This document shows, piece by piece, positions 35,401 to 45,471 of a DNA stretch of 64,000 nt. The notes beneath the pieces were generated by a model. It was not told the origin of the DNA. It worked only from the letters and a program-made list of their open reading frames with translations, and did no database searches. The DNA lies in IMG/VR virus record IMGVR_UViG_3300024348_000029, positions 340 through 64,339 of that record; one strand, given 5' to 3'. Numbering within the stretch: position 1 is the stretch's first letter; every line of letters starts with the position of its first letter. The position numbers were made by a program, and so were the translations under genes. Source of the stretch: a virus (taxonomy: Duplodnaviria; Caudoviricetes).

Positions 35401-37030
35401 TATATCTAGAATATTTAAGAAGACATCTTATAAGAATGGCGTGCCAAGTTCTAAATCTGCTACGTCAGCGGATGCTACTGACTACGGCGTAGGGCTTGTA
35501 AAAAATGAAAGTAGTAGTATTGATCAAGCAGATCTTAACGAGTCAGAAAGAGATGATTTAGGAAGAAATCTATTTGATGTAGGTCAAGTAATAGAGATTG
35601 CTACTTATTCTAATATAAATGCTGATATACGATCTACAGAGAAATTATCAGAGGAGGACTCATTATTATATGGTGGAGATAGAGATTTCTTCCCTAATAA
35701 AGAAGATGTGTTTGGGGATGCAAGGCCTGATGCTACTTCTTATAATCATGGATATACTGGAGAGGATAATCCTATATCATACTCTAGAATAGAAGAATAT
35801 TCACCGTCTTTTAATACTGAATTTCCTAATAGAGTACTATTATCAGAAAGAAATAAGACACAAAGCTTCTTTAATTCCTTTAGAGATTTAAAAGGGTTTA
35901 ATTATAGAGATTATGGAGTGGAGCTTGGTCCTATTGTTAAGTTAGCTTCTATCAAGAACTTACTTCTAACTATTCATCCTACAGGTGTACTAGCAATTGG
36001 TGTAGATGATAGAACATTAGTAGCTGAAGGAAGCGACGTTTATGTAAATACAGCTCAATCACTGAGCCCTACTGCAAAAACAATATCTGATATTTATGGT
36101 AGTGTTCACCCAGAATCAGTTGTAAAGACCGATACTACAGTAGCCGGAGTTGACTACAACGCTAGCGCTGTATGGATTTTCCAAGGAGAAAAATTATCTA
36201 TAATAAGTGAATTCGCTATAAAAACATTACTAGAGAAATTTAAATCGGCTATTACTTCTGGTGGGTTTAGAGCAGGTGATCAGGACATTAGTTATAATGC
36301 GAGAGTATACTCTACATTCAATCACTCTAAACATACACTATATATCTCATACGTAGCGGAGCATCCTCAGGATAAACTGCAATACCATGTAGGGACAGTT
36401 TCTTATAGTACTGTTCTACAGAAATGGATGTCACGAGTATCTGAGGGTAATAAATTCTCTATGTTTATAGGGGCTCATACATATACTACAGGATTCAAGG
36501 CACTTAATGGCGCTATTGAGCAAGCTGACTATGCTATTTGGAAAGAGGACGCGTTAGTAAATAATGAAGGAAAAGGTTTAAGAGCTAGATTAAGAGGAAT
36601 AGATTATAAATATGAATTCGAAATAGTTGTAAATAAAGAACCTGCTCTTGAGAAAGTTCTTAATAACATTAGAATGATTACAAATAAAAGTATCCCTATT
36701 ACAGTAGAATATATTACTACAGGAGACGAAAATGATGCGGCTGTAGATATTTGGGGAGCAGAGAATGGTGAGAGAAAAGTAACACAAAAGATAATTACTA
36801 GAAATAAAAGTGCAAGAAAAGCTCTCCGTCTTGGTATTCTAGATGAAAATGCGTATTATAAAAATAGCGGATTGTATATCGAGGTAGGAAGAATTAATTC
36901 TATACTAAGAAAAAACATCGGAAACAAAAGAATTAGAGACAAAAGTATAAGAGTAAGGTTTATTTATTCAGGAAATGATGAGACCTTCTTACAAGGAATA
37001 ATATCAATGTTAAGCATAAGCCACAGCTAA
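32453..37030 (+). CDS. tail stabilisation / muzzle protein
   Basis: 1525 aa; N-terminal NSFEGGLVTD, C-terminal KRIRDKSIRVRFIY, typical of crAss-like muzzle proteins. Confidence 0.8.
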   Translation: MAQGNNISATNSFEGGLVTDLHNLTSPSNTVVDSLNMELVTVGDDQYIYQNIRGNKLEVEFPFYTYEGKQYRFSPQGLKVHNNIAYILVGAFKPDGTFLAGAVGTYPSPDWAVLNSGDSTTHTRLENKFRFLHNYKKPGDVAYKSPFISTLFEFERNRHIDIDIQGDFDSSVNILFTDSLNNPSIINSRFKRVDFNELVQLADRTGTNDSNTYSDSDWDRITLIQNTNFPVEIVDDNGDKGFTVAEGGYLRGGGYRYYFKYTTQEGNTTEILYESPLIPISNGGLGLDKSQLSDKLVRFTLRKLDSSYTGIKVFFAHFDGKDQAEMEVFKIDYVYTYGDESTTVVTHTGLEDVTAVDATEINVGFTPIDTVKSAVIINDRLALAGASSTISERDLDILRKAAIDITLWEKQRSLEKIIPNANKPEEFYYPDYSDAETAANSLGYWKGEVYEFAAVFMLKNKGLSPAFPLTGMDNLIALQNSFTYPNYPDYTGLIKEDGFADGSLINNKGLFRTSNKGLIYTPLGDGDGIRHITYLNANVAKLSEANNPDLHKISSGFFIVRRQRIKNVLIQGMAIPVIKLPAKYPSLYEGVLDKQASLSASKRYLIKHFGGDDEDLGDDPTIGLNAPYKSGVRDGEALFNDDFNTVFVPQPTQILNTLTAEKAWIVSGAVSQYVSTLPPLLAETQAPYGETVDKDNKRTGDMHLGFYSCEMELNFPNIKSYLNGIDPEMEIQYAKNNESPVGYTYTGYKYRDNPNTVTYIAEPVSMDRSGWSTIPSKAVKATILESGRSVYSNGSFSSKTDRALGFMSDNITDTDPDAAGDGATKITYGLPYKRFTGRDGIYNILASTSKVAFNVGFIGSIGSFHPYSVISNSYSRYMGVKINLEDIQIAPEFYYKKNLLRTTETLLNNTNILKDPSGELDKRYFVNTGHLANVFRSATGRWGETELRTIYKYDSNKAYHAVTDRTPLDIEGGSIDIYRGDGFISRIFKKTSYKNGVPSSKSATSADATDYGVGLVKNESSSIDQADLNESERDDLGRNLFDVGQVIEIATYSNINADIRSTEKLSEEDSLLYGGDRDFFPNKEDVFGDARPDATSYNHGYTGEDNPISYSRIEEYSPSFNTEFPNRVLLSERNKTQSFFNSFRDLKGFNYRDYGVELGPIVKLASIKNLLLTIHPTGVLAIGVDDRTLVAEGSDVYVNTAQSLSPTAKTISDIYGSVHPESVVKTDTTVAGVDYNASAVWIFQGEKLSIISEFAIKTLLEKFKSAITSGGFRAGDQDISYNARVYSTFNHSKHTLYISYVAEHPQDKLQYHVGTVSYSTVLQKWMSRVSEGNKFSMFIGAHTYTTGFKALNGAIEQADYAIWKEDALVNNEGKGLRARLRGIDYKYEFEIVVNKEPALEKVLNNIRMITNKSIPITVEYITTGDENDAAVDIWGAENGERKVTQKIITRNKSARKALRLGILDENAYYKNSGLYIEVGRINSILRKNIGNKRIRDKSIRVRFIYSGNDETFLQGIISMLSISHS

Positions 37031-38466
37031 TGAAAAAAATACATGACATAATCAGCAGCGAATTAGTAGCAAGAACCAATAATATCAGACTTAAACAAGA
37101 GTTTGGACAGGTTGGTATAGATACTAATATCACATCAGAAGGAACTTCTACTATTTTTACTACGAAGTTCGTAATTCAAGAGATTAATTATATTACAGTA
37201 AATGGTATAAATCTTATTGAAGGAGTTCACTATACCACAGATACTGAGAAGACTATTAAGATAAGTAATAAAGGAGCACCGGTTAGAAAAAATCCTAGCT
37301 TAACAACTACTATCTTAGTTAGTTACTATACTAAGCCTGCTGTTAGTTCTTATACAAAAGTTCCTCCAGTTATTAATTCATTTACACTAAACTCGTACTT
37401 AGGTAGAGCAGGAGAGATTATATTTGATTTTAATATAGCTCCATTTGATGGTAAGAATATTTATTGGTCTATATTAAAAGACGGAGATAAAACTCCTTTA
37501 TACTCTGGTAATTCAACGTCTACTTCAGGAGGTTATTCCTATGATGCTGATAATGTGGCTACTAAACTCAACCATTTCATTTCTAATACTGAATATGCTG
37601 AAAGACAAGGGGGTAAAATACCATTTACTTTTGTAGTGGTATACGATCTTACCAATGACGGATCAATATTAAATGAGAGGTTATTATCTTCAGCTGTATA
37701 TGTTCTAGAAGCAAACGAGACTGTTACTGGTAATTTATCAGTTACACCTGGTATGATATCAACAGCAGGAGCAGCTAAAGAAATAGCTATCACCTATAAT
37801 ATAAATGATCTTGGTATAGGTGGTCCTTCTTATGAATGGGCTATTACACGTTCTAAAGATGGTGCTGTAGAAACAACACTTCGTTATGGAAATCAAGCTA
37901 GTGTAAATTTAGCAGACACTTTTACAGAAACGGTGGCTACTGTAGCAGGAGATAACTTTGAATATAGATATTTTCTTAAAGTAAAAGCAATAGGATCAAC
38001 AGATTATACTACTGTTGCCAATGATAAGACAGTTATCGCTGTTCCAGTTGGAGAACTAGTAGCTCATGCAGGATATTTAGATGCTGCTATCATGAGTTAT
38101 ATAGATCCTGAAGATAGTGTAAGAAAGAAAATAGGTTCGTTAGGAACAGCACAAGATTTAGTAGAATATAATAATAGAGTACCTGGTGAGATATTCACTA
38201 AGGATATTACTAAGGTTTACTTAACAAATGAAGAATTTATAAATCCTTTCCTTAATGATTTTGGAGGAACAGTAACAGCTGTTTACTTTGTTATTGAATT
38301 ACCAGATAACTGGGGACCAGTAGATTTCTATCAAACATTAGGTCTTGTAAGTCCAACAGCATTTAATATAATACCTCTAGGAAATGGATACACAGCATAC
38401 TTATATAAAGATGCTCCATCAGCAGTGGCAAACCCATCAGATTACTACCTTAAAAGCAGAGTATAA
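37030..38466 (+). CDS. tail-associated structural protein
   Basis: beta-rich 478 aa, translationally coupled. Confidence 0.65.
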   Translation: MKKIHDIISSELVARTNNIRLKQEFGQVGIDTNITSEGTSTIFTTKFVIQEINYITVNGINLIEGVHYTTDTEKTIKISNKGAPVRKNPSLTTTILVSYYTKPAVSSYTKVPPVINSFTLNSYLGRAGEIIFDFNIAPFDGKNIYWSILKDGDKTPLYSGNSTSTSGGYSYDADNVATKLNHFISNTEYAERQGGKIPFTFVVVYDLTNDGSILNERLLSSAVYVLEANETVTGNLSVTPGMISTAGAAKEIAITYNINDLGIGGPSYEWAITRSKDGAVETTLRYGNQASVNLADTFTETVATVAGDNFEYRYFLKVKAIGSTDYTTVANDKTVIAVPVGELVAHAGYLDAAIMSYIDPEDSVRKKIGSLGTAQDLVEYNNRVPGEIFTKDITKVYLTNEEFINPFLNDFGGTVTAVYFVIELPDNWGPVDFYQTLGLVSPTAFNIIPLGNGYTAYLYKDAPSAVANPSDYYLKSRV

Positions 38467-39014
38467 TGAATCAGATGTATAATAATAAAACAAATGCAGC
38501 AGGTATACATATTACCGAAGCCTCTCCTATAGATGATAGAAAGTATATAGAAACAGAGGCTGAGATAGCTGTTTTAGAGAACATTGAACCCTTCCCTAGT
38601 ATTATGTACAATGGGATGGTAGTTCAGATAACCGAGAATCGTAAAGAGTATATATGGGTAGAGTCGTCAATTGGTCTAATGGCTGTTGGATACACATACC
38701 CTGAGTACATGGATGATATTCAAGGACAGAATTATGCAAATAAAACATATAACCTAGTATTGTACGATAGAGTAAGTAAGGTTAGCGTTACCTTTACTAA
38801 CGTAAATGATGCTGGCTTATTTATAGCAAATAAATATTTACCTCAGCATATTCTAAATGATAAAGAGTCAGCTCAGGTAATGTTAAAATCTAGTGAATCC
38901 TCTTATGAAGAAATAGAGTGGCCGGATAAAATAGTTGTTGATACTACTGGTATTACAGTTATCTTAGATCCTAAACCTATTGTTTCAGAGAATTTTAAAG
39001 TAACAATATCATAA
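38466..39014 (+). CDS. tail-associated protein
   Basis: SPIDDR...YNGMVV module seen in phage fibre proteins. Confidence 0.6.
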   Translation: MNQMYNNKTNAAGIHITEASPIDDRKYIETEAEIAVLENIEPFPSIMYNGMVVQITENRKEYIWVESSIGLMAVGYTYPEYMDDIQGQNYANKTYNLVLYDRVSKVSVTFTNVNDAGLFIANKYLPQHILNDKESAQVMLKSSESSYEEIEWPDKIVVDTTGITVILDPKPIVSENFKVTIS

Positions 39015-39024
39015 TAATTATAGC

Positions 39025-41583
39025 ATGAAGATAAGAGGATCATTAATAGTAACTAAGAATCTGATACTACCTGGACCAAGTGGTGGTGACCCTTCTGAGG
39101 GTTTCGTAGCTTTATCGGACTCAACTGGAAAAGTATACTGGGGTAACCTTGCTATACTTCCACTTAATACAGGCTATACATACCCTGCAAAAGGTTCTTT
39201 AGTTTTATCGAATAATAAAATATTTTATTCTATTGTAGATAATGCTCCAGGTAATGCTACGGGGGATACTGCTATCTGGCTAGAAGTTGGATCAGGTACA
39301 CAAGGATCAGTACTTTCTGCAGATATTATAGCAGCCCTAGAAGCAGCAAATGTACCTACAGCAGGTAATCCGTTTGCTACATTAGCAGATATAAAGAATC
39401 TTACTATAAAAGGTACAGCTACTTCAGCAGTAATTATAACTAAGAATGCAGCCATAAAGAATAGTCTTTGGATTTCTTCTACTACAGGCACTGATAGTTA
39501 TGGTACCGCAGTAGTTATTGGAGATGGGTTAATATCTGACGGTTCTGGATGGAAAACTATAGGCCAAATTAGAGGTCCAATAGGGGAGACAGGAGTAGGT
39601 GAAGCAGGTCCACAAGGAGAAACAGGTAAAGGAATTTATTTAAAAGGCTCGGCTGTTGTTTCTATGATTGTAGCAAGTAATGCAGCAGTAATTGGAAATG
39701 TATGGATAGCTACAGACGCAGGAGTAGATGAATATGGAACACCTGTAAAAGTAGGGGATGGCCTTATGGCTGACGGAACAAAATGGATAAACATTGGAGC
39801 TATAAGAGGCCCAGCAGGTATATCAGCATATTCAGGTACTTATTTAATAAAAGGTGGAGTGATATGGTTATATGATTATACCTATTTAGTTAAAGCAGAC
39901 TCCTATGTAATTAATGGTATTCTATATAGTGCAGCACCTAAGATCTTTACACTAACTCCTTCAGCAGTTGCTGAGGATAGGATAGATAAATTTTTAGGGG
40001 ATACTAATGGTACTATCGTAATTAGTGAAGGAAATTTCGGAGACCCGGCAATAGAGCCTAGTGTTAATGAATCAATTCATTGTTATATAGGTAAGGTTGA
40101 TATAGACAGAAATACTACACAACCAACTGCAGCCGCTAGTACATTAATATTTGATGAGAATACAGGTATTGGAGGAGGCGAGTTTGATGCTACTATAGAT
40201 ACTAATAATGGAGCTACGATTAATCTAGCATATGCTACAGCTTCATATACTAATGCTACATCTATTAGAATAATTAATGGTAGAAATGAGATAATTAGTT
40301 TTGCAGCGCCGGCACCAATAGTATTTAATACTTCTTTCACAGGACTTACACTAAGAATAAAATCTCTTGATGCTAGCTTTAAAGCTAATGTTACAGTACG
40401 ATTATATAAAGATGGCGCAAAAGTAGGTAAAGCTTTGTTAATAGATAATTTTGGATTTAATTACTCTAATGTAACTGATTGGCAGTTAGTATCTATGACA
40501 ATCAATGATTTCGCCCCTATATCAGCTGACTTCAATAGTGTTAGTATTGTTATAGAGGATCCTACCTTTTCAGGTAAGAGTGATATCCTTATTGATGATA
40601 TTAGATACCAGGCAGGTATTTATGTAGTCCCATCAACAGAACAATTAGAATATACATCACAATTAATAAATAATGGAGATGGAAGTTCTCCTTTTATTAC
40701 AATCTTAGATCTACCGGCTGCCTTAGGCGTTGGTCTTCAAGAGATTACAGACACTAATCCTATTACTACCGTACCTATTACTATATTAGATGCAGGAGTA
40801 TCTAGAACAGTATTAGCGGCTGACACTCTTCTTATAGATAATTTAGGATTACCTGGAAATTCTAGTGAGCTTAAATATAATAGTCTTGTATTTTTTCAGG
40901 GTGCTAATAGTATTAAAATAGATACATCAGTAGCTACAGGTAGTAGAATTCAAACATTGCAGGATTTAGATGGTGTAATAGCCTTATTAAGTGATATAAC
41001 TCTTGATAGTGCTACAGATAGAGGAAATGTTACTACAAATAATATAACAACACAGGTATTAACTAGTTCAGGATTAAGGTCCTCATCTAATATATTAGTA
41101 GGTCTGGGTGATTATGATGGAACCGGTAATGGTACTAAACTATGGATCGATGATGCTAATGCTACTATAGGTCTAGCAGCTGGAGATGGAATAACTTCCT
41201 TTCTTTCTGGACCAGGAGCTAACATCTCTACTGGATTATTAAAACTTAATAATTTAGATAGTAGAACCATGTATGAAATTACTGGTAATGCTAGCGGTTT
41301 TAAAAATATATTTAAGGTAGCAGTAGCTACTCAAGAAAATACATACACCTTCCCAGATAAGAGCGGGGAAGTAGCTTTAAAATCAGACTCTGATACATAT
41401 ATTTTCAACCAACCTACTGTAGAAACATCTTGGTTAGTTGCTCATAATACAAATAAATTTCCATCAGTGACAGTAGTGGATTCAGCTAGAACAACCTTGG
41501 ATGCCTCTGTAACATATATAGATGCAAACAATTTAATAATAACAGTAAGCCCAGGCTCGTCCGGATATGCTTATTTAAACTAA
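39025..41583 (+). CDS. tail fibre protein
   Basis: duplicated W..IG.IRGP.G repeats, short collagen stretch, C-terminal HN..KFPSVTVVDS module. Confidence 0.7.
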   Translation: MKIRGSLIVTKNLILPGPSGGDPSEGFVALSDSTGKVYWGNLAILPLNTGYTYPAKGSLVLSNNKIFYSIVDNAPGNATGDTAIWLEVGSGTQGSVLSADIIAALEAANVPTAGNPFATLADIKNLTIKGTATSAVIITKNAAIKNSLWISSTTGTDSYGTAVVIGDGLISDGSGWKTIGQIRGPIGETGVGEAGPQGETGKGIYLKGSAVVSMIVASNAAVIGNVWIATDAGVDEYGTPVKVGDGLMADGTKWINIGAIRGPAGISAYSGTYLIKGGVIWLYDYTYLVKADSYVINGILYSAAPKIFTLTPSAVAEDRIDKFLGDTNGTIVISEGNFGDPAIEPSVNESIHCYIGKVDIDRNTTQPTAAASTLIFDENTGIGGGEFDATIDTNNGATINLAYATASYTNATSIRIINGRNEIISFAAPAPIVFNTSFTGLTLRIKSLDASFKANVTVRLYKDGAKVGKALLIDNFGFNYSNVTDWQLVSMTINDFAPISADFNSVSIVIEDPTFSGKSDILIDDIRYQAGIYVVPSTEQLEYTSQLINNGDGSSPFITILDLPAALGVGLQEITDTNPITTVPITILDAGVSRTVLAADTLLIDNLGLPGNSSELKYNSLVFFQGANSIKIDTSVATGSRIQTLQDLDGVIALLSDITLDSATDRGNVTTNNITTQVLTSSGLRSSSNILVGLGDYDGTGNGTKLWIDDANATIGLAAGDGITSFLSGPGANISTGLLKLNNLDSRTMYEITGNASGFKNIFKVAVATQENTYTFPDKSGEVALKSDSDTYIFNQPTVETSWLVAHNTNKFPSVTVVDSARTTLDASVTYIDANNLIITVSPGSSGYAYLN

Positions 41584-41595
41584 ATTTAAAAGATT

Positions 41596-43614
41596 ATGTC
41601 AAAAAAGAATTATCTAGTTCATATTGATTTAAACAAGAATGAACTTCAGAACGCGGTGATTCAGAATCTTTCTACAGCACCGGCTGCCCCTAAAGTAGGT
41701 CAAATATACTATGATATAGAGGACACAACAGCATGGATGTGGAATGGATCCTGGGTAGACTTAGCACAACAATCTATAGCAGATGGAGATTATGGTGATA
41801 TTACCGTAAGTGCTTCTGGTGCAACCTGGTCAATTGATGCAGACTCTGTAACCTACGCTAAGATGCAGAACATGACTACTGCTAGAATGTTAGGTAGAGT
41901 CACAGCAGCTACAGGAGTAGTTGAAGAATTAACTGCAGCCCAAGTACGTACATTAATAAATGTAGAGGATGGGGCAACAGCTGATCAAACCTCTATTGTA
42001 GGTATAACAGGAACTAAAGCGCAATTTGATGCTGCTGTAACAGATGGGAATTTCTTATATGTTGGTGATGTAGTTACTTTCCCAGGATTTGGGTCAGTAG
42101 CAAATCATACTGATGTTGTAAGTGCTACTAATACTGCAGGATTTGTACTTGTTGCAAATGGTACTACAGGTTACGTAGGAAGAGCATTACTTGAGGCTGA
42201 TATAAGTGATTTTGGTAGCTATCTAGCAACTGGAATTACTACATTAGCAGGATACGGAATATCAGATACTAAAGCGAATTTTAATACTGCTTTATCTGAC
42301 GGTTCTTTCCTATTCTCTGGGGATATTAGCCAGTATACTGATGAATTAGCTCAGGATGCTACAGGGGCAATGATAGCTAATACTGCTACTATTAATTTAA
42401 CATATGTAGATGCAACACCTGCACTTACAGCCGATGTTAATAATAACAGTATTACATACGCTAAAATGCAGAATGCTGCAGGAGCAAATATATTCTTAGG
42501 GAATATAGGTGTTGCAGGGGCATTGGAAGAACTTACAGGTACACAAGCTACCTCAATGTTAGATATATTTACTTCTGCATTAAAAGGACTAGTTCCTGCT
42601 TCAGGTGGAGGTACATCTAACTTCTTAAGAGCTGATGGTACTTTTGCTGCCCCAACCGGTGGATTTATAAACTACTCAGTAGGTGGGGATGTTAATGCAA
42701 ATCAAGTAATTAATTCTGGTAATGTATTAGATATTGTTGGTGGTACTGGTTTAACAACTACTATTACTAAAGCTTCTACTACAGCTACATTATCTGTGGC
42801 TCTAGATAGTACAACGGTAGGGGCAGGTTCTTATGGAAGTGCTTCAGCAGTAGCTACATTTACAGTGGATGCTCAAGGAAGACTTACTGCGGCAGCTACT
42901 ACTGCTATTTCTATAACAGCTTCTCAAATAAATGACCTATTAGATGATGATACTTTTGCTTCAGCTAGTGCGACTACAGTTGCATCTTCTGAATCTATTA
43001 AAGCATATATTGCTAGTGTAGTATCTGGTCAAATGGTTTATTCTGGTGGATACGACGCTTCTGTCGCTCCTCCAACAGGTGCAGGTATTCTTAAAGGTTT
43101 CACATACACAGTTACAGTAGCCGGTAATGGTTCAGCATTCTTTGCAGAGACTTTACAGATAGGTGATATGATTGTAGCTGAGCAAAACAATCCTACATTA
43201 GATGCTCACTGGACACAAGTAAATAAAAATATTCCTGATATTGTTAACGCAAGTGAAACAGCTAAAGGTATAGTTGAAGAAGCTACTGATGCTGAGGTTG
43301 CTGCGGGTACTGCAACAGGAGCTACAGGAGCTAAATTATTTATTACTCCAGCTAAATTAAAAACTCATTTAGGGGAGACAGCTACTGTTTCTACAGCTAG
43401 AGTATTTAGACTTGCTATTGGTAATGGAGCTTTGCTTACTATACCAGTTACGCATGATTTAGGAGAGCAATTTGTTAAAGCGACTGTAGTAAGAAACTCA
43501 GTTCCTTATGATGTAATAGAATGTGAGGTTCAGTGTACTAGTACTACTGTAACTACGTTCTTATTTAACGAGGCTCCAACAGCAAGCGAATTTATGGTTG
43601 TTATTACAGGATAA
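41596..43614 (+). CDS. tail fibre protein
   Basis: SVTYAKMQN repeats, FLRADGT, GSYGSA..VDAQGRLT fibre motifs. Confidence 0.75.
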   Translation: MSKKNYLVHIDLNKNELQNAVIQNLSTAPAAPKVGQIYYDIEDTTAWMWNGSWVDLAQQSIADGDYGDITVSASGATWSIDADSVTYAKMQNMTTARMLGRVTAATGVVEELTAAQVRTLINVEDGATADQTSIVGITGTKAQFDAAVTDGNFLYVGDVVTFPGFGSVANHTDVVSATNTAGFVLVANGTTGYVGRALLEADISDFGSYLATGITTLAGYGISDTKANFNTALSDGSFLFSGDISQYTDELAQDATGAMIANTATINLTYVDATPALTADVNNNSITYAKMQNAAGANIFLGNIGVAGALEELTGTQATSMLDIFTSALKGLVPASGGGTSNFLRADGTFAAPTGGFINYSVGGDVNANQVINSGNVLDIVGGTGLTTTITKASTTATLSVALDSTTVGAGSYGSASAVATFTVDAQGRLTAAATTAISITASQINDLLDDDTFASASATTVASSESIKAYIASVVSGQMVYSGGYDASVAPPTGAGILKGFTYTVTVAGNGSAFFAETLQIGDMIVAEQNNPTLDAHWTQVNKNIPDIVNASETAKGIVEEATDAEVAAGTATGATGAKLFITPAKLKTHLGETATVSTARVFRLAIGNGALLTIPVTHDLGEQFVKATVVRNSVPYDVIECEVQCTSTTVTTFLFNEAPTASEFMVVITG

Positions 43615-43677
43615 TTCGTATCTTTATAAAATTATAGGGTCGATTTAATAGATTGACCCTTTATTAAATATATCAGA

Positions 43678-45471
43678 ATGGCATTAAAACAAATAGAAAG
43701 TGACTTACAAGTTCACGGAGCAGCTACAGTACAGGTCTTAGAAGTAATAGCTTCTACTGATGGTGCTGATGGTGTAGTATTAAAATTTCCTGCCGGAACT
43801 GCTGGCGATGCTATCGAGGTTGTTTTTCAAGGAAATGATGGTACATTTAATATTAAATATGCGTCAATAACAGGCGGGGTGGAGGCCTGGTCTCCTGATG
43901 ACGGGTTTATAGGATTTAGAACATCTGATGGTGGTATACTGTCAGAGAAAGTTAGGGTAACTGCTGCTGGGACATTAGAAGTAGGAGGAGCAAGCACAGG
44001 TACAAGTGGTACATTAGTAGGAGGATTAGTAGTTGCAGGAGCATCTTATCTAAATACTATAGCTCATGAAACAACTGATGTAGATGTATTTCTAGTTTCA
44101 AACGCTGGATTAATTAAATATAGAACAGGGGCTGAACTAAGGAGTGATATTGGTGCTGGTACAAGTTCTTCAGATACTTGGATACCTCTTACAGGGGTAA
44201 CTTCAGGATATGTTACTGCTCAAGGTGCTTCTAACACAGCGGTATTTTTAAATGGTAATGGAGCATGGTCTACACCAGTAAACACAACCTATTCTCAATA
44301 TGCAGGTACTACAGCTGGACTTGTACCTACAGGTGCAAATAGCACAACTAAATATCTAAGAGAAGATGGTACGTGGGTAGTTCCGCCAGACACTAATACA
44401 CAGATACCTGCTCTTACTACTGAACAAGTACAAGATATAGCAGGAGGGATGGTAAATGTTACCGGGGCTCAATCAGGTATGGGGTTTGTGTATAATGATA
44501 CTACAGGTAAATTTGATATTGATTTAGCACATACACATTCGTATGATAACTATTCTAGTTGGACATTTGAGGCTAAAAATTCGGCTGGGACCTCTTTAGG
44601 TAGTTCACCTATTACCTCAGGAGATATAGCAGTTATAAAAGCCGGTACTGGGATAACATTATCCTGGGTAGATGATGAAATAACAGTTACAAATAGTAGT
44701 CCTAATATTGTATATACAGATTACGCAGAGCCTGGGATATTCTCTGGTGGAGGTACTCCAACTTTAGCTAGTGGAGTTACAGCTGCAGAAATTAGAGCTT
44801 TAATTGGAGCAGGAACAAGCTCCTCTGATACACAATTAACTAACGCTCAGGTGATAGCAATGTTGCTAACTGGATTCACAACGTTTGGATCTGCTAGTAC
44901 GGTAGCTGCCACAGATAGTATATTTACTGCATTTAGGAAGTTAGAATATAGAGTAGCCTTAAATGATTCTAAGGTTACAAACTCAACTCAAACCACTATA
45001 AATATAACAGCCAATAATACTAATAACGAAACAGTTTATCCTGTTTTTGTTGATGGTGCTACTGGTACTCAAGGATTAGAATCTGATACTGGTTATTACT
45101 ATAATCCTTCAACAGGCCTACTTTCATCAGTAGATTACGCAGGTACTTCAGATATAAGATCTAAAGAAAATATAGTTGACTTTGAATCTATAGAGTTGGA
45201 TACCAAGTATAAAAAGTTTAATTTTAAAAGGGTTAAAGGACAACAAAGAATTGGGTTAATAGCACAAGAAGTAGAGGAAAAATATCCTATATTTGTAAGA
45301 ACAAGTGTTGAGGGGGAAAAATCAATCTCTTATAATGATCTACACTCTGCTGAGATAGCGTTCTTAAAGAAAGAGCGTAGAGAAAGTTCTAAAAGAGAAG
45401 AAGCCTTATTAGATAGAGTTGAAGCATTAGAAGCTACACTTAAAGATATATTATCAAAATTAGATAAATAA
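43678..45471 (+). CDS. tail fibre with C-terminal intramolecular chaperone (peptidase S74)
   Basis: SDIRSKENI...IGLIAQEVE..YP.FV...ISYN + coiled coil. Confidence 0.85.
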   Translation: MALKQIESDLQVHGAATVQVLEVIASTDGADGVVLKFPAGTAGDAIEVVFQGNDGTFNIKYASITGGVEAWSPDDGFIGFRTSDGGILSEKVRVTAAGTLEVGGASTGTSGTLVGGLVVAGASYLNTIAHETTDVDVFLVSNAGLIKYRTGAELRSDIGAGTSSSDTWIPLTGVTSGYVTAQGASNTAVFLNGNGAWSTPVNTTYSQYAGTTAGLVPTGANSTTKYLREDGTWVVPPDTNTQIPALTTEQVQDIAGGMVNVTGAQSGMGFVYNDTTGKFDIDLAHTHSYDNYSSWTFEAKNSAGTSLGSSPITSGDIAVIKAGTGITLSWVDDEITVTNSSPNIVYTDYAEPGIFSGGGTPTLASGVTAAEIRALIGAGTSSSDTQLTNAQVIAMLLTGFTTFGSASTVAATDSIFTAFRKLEYRVALNDSKVTNSTQTTINITANNTNNETVYPVFVDGATGTQGLESDTGYYYNPSTGLLSSVDYAGTSDIRSKENIVDFESIELDTKYKKFNFKRVKGQQRIGLIAQEVEEKYPIFVRTSVEGEKSISYNDLHSAEIAFLKKERRESSKREEALLDRVEALEATLKDILSKLDK